A DNA stretch of 43,311 nt from a virus (taxonomy: Duplodnaviria; Heunggongvirae; Uroviricota; Caudoviricetes). Under the pieces are notes generated by a model. That model saw nothing but the letters and a program-made list of their open reading frames with translations, was not told where the DNA came from and did no database searches. Each line of letters opens with the position of its first letter. Position 1 is the first letter of the stretch. Shown here piece by piece: positions 36,991 to 43,311 of this stretch. The position numbers were made by a program, and so were the translations under genes. Location of the stretch: IMG/VR virus record IMGVR_UViG_2537561670_000003, positions 1-43,311 of that record. One strand, given 5' to 3'.

Positions 36991-37356
36991 ATGAATCATT
37001 TATTCACATGCTCATTTTGCGGAGCAACCGAACTGGGAGCGATAAAGATCGTCGCAAAAGGTGGTAAGGACGAACCTGCCATCTGTTCGGAATGCGTAGT
37101 CACATGTGTAGAAAAAATGATCCTGACTAAAAAATCAGAGGCTGAAAAACCAACCTCTGATAACGAAATAATATCAGTCGATAAAAAACTATTTAAAGAG
37201 CTTCTTCAGCTTGTCCTCAACCTTCCTGATTTCGGAAGTAAGCTGGCTGCTGTTGACATTGATAGTAGCTCCACATCGACAAGTGAAACTTTTGTTCGAC
37301 TTGAGCCAAGCGATTTTCTTCTTCGTCTTAGTGCCGCACTTAGGGCATGCGGGTAA
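36991..37356 (+). CDS. Small protein with ClpX-N-terminal-type zinc-binding motif (first gene of the pL-like operon)
   Basis: ...FTCSFCGATELGAIKIVAKGGKDEPAICSECVVTC... resembles the ClpX zinc-binding domain CSFCGK...YICDECV (recalled). AGAGG SD upstream of the ATG at 36991. Confidence 0.5.
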   Translation: MNHLFTCSFCGATELGAIKIVAKGGKDEPAICSECVVTCVEKMILTKKSEAEKPTSDNEIISVDKKLFKELLQLVLNLPDFGSKLAAVDIDSSSTSTSETFVRLEPSDFLLRLSAALRACG

Positions 37357-37386
37357 CGTAATTTCCTGGTTATCAAAAGCGCCCAT
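37189..37386 (-). CDS. Putative small zinc-ribbon protein encoded antisense to the 3' end of the preceding gene
   Basis: C-x2-C-x17-C-x-C (CPKCG...CRCG) and AAGAGGG SD 6 nt upstream of the second ATG. Overlap with the plus-strand ORF makes it uncertain which is real. Confidence 0.35.
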   Translation of the reverse strand: MGAFDNQEITLPACPKCGTKTKKKIAWLKSNKSFTCRCGATINVNSSQLTSEIRKVEDKLKKLFK

Positions 37387-37698
37387 AAACATCCCTCTTG
37401 GTTGTGTGAGAACACCAAGATACCACCGCGCCTGATGTGGTTAAAAGCAGGCTAAAGCAATAACAAGTAACTCCCTGTTCTGGCGGCCCGGTGTTTTCCC
37501 GTGTATTTCCGGTAACCGCCAGCCTTTTTCAGGGCACAACAGAAAAGGGCATCACCGGGCGACGGGCTCATAACCCAATCCACCCGGGCAAAAAGAAAGC
37601 GGTCTCTGCAAGCCGCCGACCAATGCAGGTGCCCTTCTCTGTTGTGTATGGAGAAACTAACTTTTTAGCGTCTGTGCAGATGCGCTGAGGAACCGAGA

Positions 37699-38616
37699 AT
37701 GAATAATCCGTTTTTCAAAAATATGTTGGTGTATCGCATTAGTCGCGATTTCACCATCAACCAGGAAGAGCTGGAACAGCAGCTTGAACTATTTCGCTTC
37801 ACTCCATGCGGTAGCCAGGATATGGCAAAAACCGGTTGGGTATCACCACTTGGTCAGCTGTCAGATCGCTTGCATCACACTGTCAATAATCAAGTGTTGT
37901 TGGTTATTCGCCGGGAAGAAAAAATACTGCCATCTCCTGTCATTACTGAAGAACTGCGCAAGCGTGTGTCGCGTCTAGAATCCGATCAGGGGCGTCGCCT
38001 CAAAAAAACTGAGAAAGATTCGCTGCGTGATGAAGTGTTGCACTCCCTGCTTCCTCGGGCGTTCTCCAAAAACTCGACTGTTGGTTTGTGGATCAACGTC
38101 ACCGACGGTCTGATCATGGTTGATGCAGCCAGCGCTAAACGTGCCGAAGACTCACTGGCCCTGCTTCGTAAAACTCTCGGTTCTCTCCCGGTGGTACCGC
38201 TGACTATGGAAACGCCGATCGAACTAACTATGACCGACTGGGTTCGTTCCGGTAGTGCGCCTGCTGGCTTTGGCCTGGGTGATGAAGCCGAACTGAAAGC
38301 TATTCTTGAAGATGGCGGTATTGGACGCTTTAAAAAACAGACTCTGGTCAGTGACGAAATTCATGTGCATCTGGAAGCTGGCAAAGTAGTTACAAAGCTG
38401 TCTATCGACTGGCAACAGCGCATTCAGTTCGTTCTTTGCGATGACGGCAGCATCAAACGCCTTAAGTTCTCTAATGAGATTACAGAACAAAACGACGATA
38501 TCGACCGTGAGGATGCGGCTCAGCGGTTCGACGCTGACTTTGTTCTGATGACCGGCGAGCTTATCTCTCTCATTAACGGATTAACAACCTCTCTCGGCGG
38601 CGAAGCCAAGCGATAA
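37699..38616 (+). CDS. rdgC: Recombination-associated protein RdgC homolog
   Basis: 305 aa, near-collinear with E. coli RdgC (recalled), e.g. ...[15 protein letters not shown]...[10 protein letters not shown]...; GAGGA SD. Confidence 0.9.
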   Translation: MNNPFFKNMLVYRISRDFTINQEELEQQLELFRFTPCGSQDMAKTGWVSPLGQLSDRLHHTVNNQVLLVIRREEKILPSPVITEELRKRVSRLESDQGRRLKKTEKDSLRDEVLHSLLPRAFSKNSTVGLWINVTDGLIMVDAASAKRAEDSLALLRKTLGSLPVVPLTMETPIELTMTDWVRSGSAPAGFGLGDEAELKAILEDGGIGRFKKQTLVSDEIHVHLEAGKVVTKLSIDWQQRIQFVLCDDGSIKRLKFSNEITEQNDDIDREDAAQRFDADFVLMTGELISLINGLTTSLGGEAKR

Positions 38617-38724
38617 ACACCAGGCAACAATTACCCCCATAAGCATGGGTTGGGTTGCTGCACGCTAAATTCAGCAATTCATTAATTTAATGGCGCGGTG
38701 CAGCGCGCCAATATGGAGAAAACC

Positions 38725-39264
38725 ATGAGCTACATTCAGACATTATCCGGCAAACATTTTAATTACCTCGATATCCAACAGGACGATATCGTGATCGAGG
38801 ATATTGCTACCGCGTTGTCTCATATCTGCCGCTTTGCAGGGCATCTTCCTGAGTTTTACAGTGTCGGCCAGCATAGCGTTTTAACCAGCCACCTCGTTCC
38901 GCAGGAGTTTGCATTAGAAGCACTGCTTCATGATGCTGCTGAAGCCTACCTGCAGGACATCCCCTCCCCACTTAAGCGCCTGCTTCCGGATTACCAGGCA
39001 ATCGAAGCTCGTGTGGACGCAGCCATTCGGCAGAAGTTCGGTCTACCAACTGAGCAACACCCAACCGTGAAATATGCCGACCTGGTGATGCTCGCCAGCG
39101 AACGCCGCGATTTTGAGATTGACGAAGGTTCCATTTGGCCATGCCTCGAGGGAGTTGTCCCAACGGATTTATTCATTATCAACCCAGTTCGTCCTGGCCA
39201 GTCATACGGCATGTTCATCAATCGCTTTAACGAGTTGATGGAGCAGCGCCAATGCGCCGCATGA
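38725..39264 (+). CDS. HD-domain phosphohydrolase
   Basis: His/Asp motifs ...SHICRFAGH... and ...LLHDAAEAY...; ATG at 38725 has a GGAG SD, whereas the ORF-track start is a GTG at 38698. Confidence 0.65.
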   Translation: MSYIQTLSGKHFNYLDIQQDDIVIEDIATALSHICRFAGHLPEFYSVGQHSVLTSHLVPQEFALEALLHDAAEAYLQDIPSPLKRLLPDYQAIEARVDAAIRQKFGLPTEQHPTVKYADLVMLASERRDFEIDEGSIWPCLEGVVPTDLFIINPVRPGQSYGMFINRFNELMEQRQCAA

Positions 39265-39424
39265 AGGTAAAAGAACTCGTAGCGGAGGCGTTTGCCTCCG
39301 TTGCTGAATTGCCACCAAAGCATGCGCCGCTTATGCGCGAAGTCGCCACCAGACTGGACGCTACGTTCGCAGCATTAAAAGAGTCTCTGGTGCAACTGGA
39401 ACAGGAACGTAAAGATAAAACGCC

Positions 39425-39679
39425 ATGACCGTATTTGAATATCTCCAGGCTCATCCGAATACCACCAGCGGTGAAATCGCCAAAGGTATGAACAAAAAGA
39501 CCCCAGCGGTCGCCGGAGCATTATCTCAGCTCTATGGCACCGGTCGGATCGTGAAGTCTGGTGTTCGCAAGGGTATTCCAACATACCGCATTAACGATAT
39601 GCCGTTTGGTTGCAGTAACAGCCTAACCATGATGTTTAACCAGCTCTTGAGCAGAGCCAGACAAGGAGCAGCCCAATGA
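39425..39679 (+). CDS. Small winged-helix-like protein
   Basis: 84 aa; ...TSGEIAKGMNKKTPAVAGALSQLYGTGRIVKSG...; start overlaps the preceding small ORF stop. Confidence 0.45.
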   Translation: MTVFEYLQAHPNTTSGEIAKGMNKKTPAVAGALSQLYGTGRIVKSGVRKGIPTYRINDMPFGCSNSLTMMFNQLLSRARQGAAQ

Positions 39680-40023
39680 CAGCACTCAACAAACAGGCGC
39701 TGCGTGAAGAATTCCAGTTCATGCAGGACAACTATAGCGACCCGGCAGACCACGATCGGCAGGTGATTTACATCGAGGCGGAGGCGCTGCTGGATGAGTT
39801 GGAAGCCAAAGACTCAACGATAGCAGCACAACAACATGAGATCCGTATGTTGCTGAATGCGCTTGAGGAAAAACCATGCCCGAAATGCAACGACACAGGA
39901 ATGACTGATAGTGGCGGCACGCAGCCATGGGGCGAGCCGATTGAGATTGAATGCGACTGCCGACAGCAGGATGCCAACACCGCAGAACTTGTAGCCGCTG
40001 GCATTGGCGTGAAGGGGGAGTGA
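39676..40023 (+). CDS. Hypothetical protein with C-terminal Cys cluster (CPKC...CDC)
   Basis: 115 aa, overlapping stop/start with its neighbours in the early-left operon. Confidence 0.45.
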   Translation: MTALNKQALREEFQFMQDNYSDPADHDRQVIYIEAEALLDELEAKDSTIAAQQHEIRMLLNALEEKPCPKCNDTGMTDSGGTQPWGEPIEIECDCRQQDANTAELVAAGIGVKGE

Positions 40024-40024
40024 G

Positions 40025-40333
40025 ATGGATAAATTAATCAAACCTACCGCCAAAGGTAAATATGACGGTTCATGTGATTATCTTTGCTCGGAAGATGCGC
40101 GATTCATCGTTATGCGCGGCGATTATACGGAAGCGGAAATAATTCAGGCTTCTGTGTCTCAAGATGTAATCGACTCGGATGGTGCGGCTGATTTTGCAAG
40201 TAGCGCCCGCTATTATCAGTGCTGGTACAAAGTTAGCCCAATAGGTGGTCAGGATGGCTATTCAGGCTGGCATCATCCTCGTGATTCGCCGTGTCGCGGT
40301 GCATATTTCGCATCAGTTTTGCAATGGGATTAA
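40025..40333 (+). CDS. Hypothetical protein
   Basis: 102 aa ORF tightly packed in the operon. Confidence 0.4.
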   Translation: MDKLIKPTAKGKYDGSCDYLCSEDARFIVMRGDYTEAEIIQASVSQDVIDSDGAADFASSARYYQCWYKVSPIGGQDGYSGWHHPRDSPCRGAYFASVLQWD

Positions 40334-40346
40334 GGAGGACTAACCC

Positions 40347-40814
40347 ATGACAACTAACAACCACCCGGCGCACGGTCCTGTATCACTCGATCGCCTGCAC
40401 CAGATACGCGAACACCTGCTGCATGATACCCAATACTCAAACGGCGGGAACAGAGCCTACATTCTCGCTGATGTATTGAAGGTGATTGATGGGGCTATTG
40501 CCCGCGAGCTGGTACGCCGTGAGCATGCAGCGTGGTCACAGGCTACTTTCGGCGATGTCGGTCCAGTTGGTCCGCTGAAGCACCTTTCCAAAGAAGCGCT
40601 CGAGGCTGCTGCTGAACCAGGCGACCTTAGCGAATGGGCTGACATGCAATTCCTGTTATGGGATGCGCAACGTCGTGCCGGTATCAGTGATGAGCAGATT
40701 ACCCAGGCAATGATAAAAAAGCTGGCTATAAATAAGGTTCGCCAATGGCCTGAGCCGAAAGACGGGGAACCTCGATTGCATATCAAAGAACAGTCAGAGC
40801 AGGAGAAAAAATAA
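40347..40814 (+). CDS. Hypothetical protein, possibly a MazG-like nucleotide pyrophosphohydrolase-related domain
   Basis: 155 aa; GGAGG SD upstream. The family assignment is a tentative recollection. Confidence 0.4.
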   Translation: MTTNNHPAHGPVSLDRLHQIREHLLHDTQYSNGGNRAYILADVLKVIDGAIARELVRREHAAWSQATFGDVGPVGPLKHLSKEALEAAAEPGDLSEWADMQFLLWDAQRRAGISDEQITQAMIKKLAINKVRQWPEPKDGEPRLHIKEQSEQEKK

Positions 40815-40816
40815 GA

Positions 40817-41071
40817 ATGTTTAGCCTGATTCGGCGCGGTCAAATCTACACGGACAGTAGCAACTGGCCCGTAATTATCCATAGCTGTAGTGATCACTCG
40901 GTCCGAATTAAACGCAATGATGGCGAGCTGAGAACGATTAGCATCAAACGCTTTAACGAAGATTTTGAACGAGTGGAGCATGATGAGTATCGCAAAATAT
41001 GTGCCGAAATAGAGCAGGAAACAAACCTGAAAAACCTACGTGCGATGCGTCGCGGCAAGATTACTGAATAG
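40817..41071 (+). CDS. Hypothetical protein
   Basis: 84 aa ORF following the preceding stop by 2 nt. Confidence 0.4.
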   Translation: MFSLIRRGQIYTDSSNWPVIIHSCSDHSVRIKRNDGELRTISIKRFNEDFERVEHDEYRKICAEIEQETNLKNLRAMRRGKITE

Positions 41072-41092
41072 CCAAACAGGAGAATATTTAAC

Positions 41093-41662
41093 GTGAACAA
41101 CTTAATGATCGACCTTGAGTCCATGGGCAAAAAACCGAATGCCCCTATTGTCTCCATTGGTGCCGTATTCTTCGATCCGCAAAGCGGTGAACTGGGTCAG
41201 GAGTTTTACACCGCTGTTAATCTTGAAAGCGCTATGGAGCAGGGAGCGGTGCCGGATGGTGACACTATTCTGTGGTGGTTAAGACAAAGCTCAGAAGCAC
41301 GATCAGCAATCTGTGTTGATGATGCGATGCCGATATCATCTGCCCTATCTGAACTGAGCCATTTCATTAATCGGCATTCTGATAACCCTAAATATTTAAA
41401 AGTTTGGGGCAATGGAGCTACTTTCGACAACGTTATATTGCGCGGCGCATATGAGCGTGCCGGCCAGGTTTGCCCGTGGCAATTTTGGAATGATCACGAC
41501 GTCAGAACCATCGTCACATTAGGCAGATCTGTAGGTTTCGATCCTAAGCGTGATATGCCATTTGATGGGGTTGCACATAACGCACTGGCTGATGCCCGCC
41601 ACCAGGCGAAATATGTTTCAGCGATTTGGCAGAAACTAATCCCAACCACCAGCAACAGCTAA
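41093..41662 (+). CDS. DEDD-type 3'-5' exonuclease
   Basis: N-terminal IDLESMG (Asp-x-Glu motif I) and a later H...D motif; typical small phage exonuclease. Confidence 0.65.
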   Translation: MNNLMIDLESMGKKPNAPIVSIGAVFFDPQSGELGQEFYTAVNLESAMEQGAVPDGDTILWWLRQSSEARSAICVDDAMPISSALSELSHFINRHSDNPKYLKVWGNGATFDNVILRGAYERAGQVCPWQFWNDHDVRTIVTLGRSVGFDPKRDMPFDGVAHNALADARHQAKYVSAIWQKLIPTTSNS

Positions 41663-41702
41663 AGTTTTCCCCGGGTGCAGCCGGGATAATGGAGAAATAA
41701 CT

Positions 41703-41939
41703 ATGAGCAATATTTTCCAGTTAGCTCCCAACGATTGGGTTTGTGAAAGCGTTTTGATCGCGGTTACTGGGCTCAAACCCGGAACCATCCTCCGTGCCAG
41801 AAAAGAATGCTGGATGATTGGGAGGGAGTATATCCACGTATCGCCTGACGGAAATCCTAAACCTTCCAGTGAGTGCATGTATAACAGAAAGGCTGTAGAT
41901 GCCTGGGTCGCTTCAATGAAAAGCAAGCAACCAGGGTGA
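41703..41939 (+). CDS. xis: Excisionase / AlpA-like DNA-binding protein
   Basis: 78 aa, immediately upstream of the integrase. Confidence 0.6.
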   Translation: MSNIFQLAPNDWVCESVLIAVTGLKPGTILRARKECWMIGREYIHVSPDGNPKPSSECMYNRKAVDAWVASMKSKQPG

Positions 41940-41997
41940 TTTGATGCCATGAAAAAGGTAAGCTCGTATCGCTCTTGGGCGTCTGGAGGTAACACCA

Positions 41998-43311
41998 ATG
42001 GATAAAGTCACATATCCAACAGGCGTCGAAAACCACGGTGGCACATTACGCATCTGGTTTAATTTTAAAGGTAAGCGTGTCAGGGAAAGTCTCGGTGTCC
42101 CTGACACCGCTAAGAACAGGAAGATAGCCGGGGAACTGCGGACATCAGTATGTTTTGCCATCCGCACAGGAACCTTTGATTATGCAACCCAGTTTCCTGA
42201 CTCCCCTAACCTCAAGGCTTTTGGTGTAAGTAAAAAAGACATTACAGTGAAAGAACTTGAAGAAAAATGGCTGGATCTGAAACGGATGGAAATCTGCGCG
42301 AACGCATTTAATCGCTATGAATCTGTCGCAAGGAATATGGTGCCGAGGATCGGAGGTAATCGCCTGGTGTCAGCAGTAACCAAAGAGGAATTGCTGTATC
42401 TGAGGAAATATTTGCTAACTGGTTATCAGAATCCGACGAAAAACAAAGCCCCGGCAAAAGGGCGAAGCGTTGTTACTGTGAACTATTACATGACGACAAT
42501 GGCCGGAATGTTTCAGTTTGCTGCGGATCACGGTTACTTAGAGGTGAACCCATTCGAGGGAATTAAGCCTCTGAAAAAAGCCAGGGCAGAACCAGATCCT
42601 CTGTCTCGTGATGAATTTATTCGCCTGATAGATGCATGCCGGCATCAGCAGACGAAAAACCTGTGGTCATTAGCAGTGTACACAGGAATGCGTCACGGGG
42701 AACTGGTCTCCCTGGCCTGGGAAGATATCGACCTGAAGGCTGGAACAATTACCGTCAGACGTAATTATACGAAACTTGGTGAGTTCACTCTACCGAAAAC
42801 CGAGGCAAGCACAGATCGAGTGGTGCATCTTATCCAGCCCGCAATCAGTATCCTGAAAAATCAGGCTGAAATGACAAGGCTGGGCAGGCAATATCACATT
42901 GAAGTGCAGTTACGTGAGTACGGCCGTTCGGTGAACCATGAGTGTACATTCGTCTTTAATCCGCATGTGGTCAGACGCAGTAAGCAGGTCGGATTTATCT
43001 ACCGGGTCGATTCAGTAGGCGACTCATGGGAAGCGGCACTTAAGCGTGCGGGGATCAGACACAGAAAGGCGTACCAGTCACGACACACCTATGCGTGCTG
43101 GTCATTATCAGCTGGTGCAAACCCTAGTTTTATTGCCAGTCAGATGGGGCATGCGAGCGCGCAGATGGTGTTCAATGTTTACGGTGCATGGATGGCTGAC
43201 AGCAGCGCAGAGCAGATCGCAATGCTGAATCAGAAGCTGGCAGATTTTGCCCCATTGATGCCCCATAGCCACGAGAACAGTACGGGAGGATTATTAAAAT
43301 CAGTAAGTTAA
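41998..43311 (+). CDS. int: Tyrosine integrase
   Basis: 437 aa; C-terminal catalytic region with conserved His/Arg and Tyr (...YQSRHTYACWSLSAGANPSFIASQMGH...VYG...); stop at the window end. Confidence 0.9.
   Translation: MDKVTYPTGVENHGGTLRIWFNFKGKRVRESLGVPDTAKNRKIAGELRTSVCFAIRTGTFDYATQFPDSPNLKAFGVSKKDITVKELEEKWLDLKRMEICANAFNRYESVARNMVPRIGGNRLVSAVTKEELLYLRKYLLTGYQNPTKNKAPAKGRSVVTVNYYMTTMAGMFQFAADHGYLEVNPFEGIKPLKKARAEPDPLSRDEFIRLIDACRHQQTKNLWSLAVYTGMRHGELVSLAWEDIDLKAGTITVRRNYTKLGEFTLPKTEASTDRVVHLIQPAISILKNQAEMTRLGRQYHIEVQLREYGRSVNHECTFVFNPHVVRRSKQVGFIYRVDSVGDSWEAALKRAGIRHRKAYQSRHTYACWSLSAGANPSFIASQMGHASAQMVFNVYGAWMADSSAEQIAMLNQKLADFAPLMPHSHENSTGGLLKSVS

Noticed and set aside
37491-37688. 65-aa plus-strand ORF in the gap before rdgC
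   Set aside because: No Shine-Dalgarno sequence and an implausible composition; the region is more likely untranslated.

Overview
This 43.3 kb window is almost entirely one lambda-like (lambdoid) prophage from an enterobacterial host, with textbook lambda gene order. Coordinates of motifs found by hand may be off by 1-2 bp; CDS ends follow the supplied ORF track. The late operon runs right to left on the minus strand: Q-like antiterminator and tR'-like terminator (~29.7-30.5 kb), accessory genes, phage-21-type lysis cassette (pinholin, SAR endolysin, Rz with embedded Rz1), a cosN-like site (~22.95 kb), terminase Nu1/A, W, portal, a ClpP-like protease fused to the major capsid protein, FII, Z, U, V, G/T, tape measure H, M, L, K, I, J, then side tail fibre and Tfa. 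The immunity and early region is at the right: nin-region genes (RusA, Rha-like, DUF968), a Dam-like methyltransferase fusion, an O-like initiator with internal iterons, Cro-like (minus) facing a CI-like S24 repressor (plus), then a plus-strand early-left operon (ClpX-zinc-finger-like protein, RdgC homolog, HD hydrolase, small proteins, DEDD exonuclease, Xis, integrase ending at 43311). Neither prophage boundary (att site) is visible. Most notable: (1) a Gin/Hin-type invertible tail-fibre cassette bounded by two 26-bp hix-like sites, with no invertase gene in the window; (2) a divergent DinI-like / UmuD'-like pair sharing a LexA-box-like operator at the left edge; (3) an AT-rich two-gene cassette (68-aa protein plus ClpP-fold S49/SDH-like peptidase) between Q and the lysis genes; (4) an AT-rich opposite-strand gene with an Rx4H (HEPN-like) motif between Rz and cos. 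No rRNA, tRNA or CRISPR array was found.
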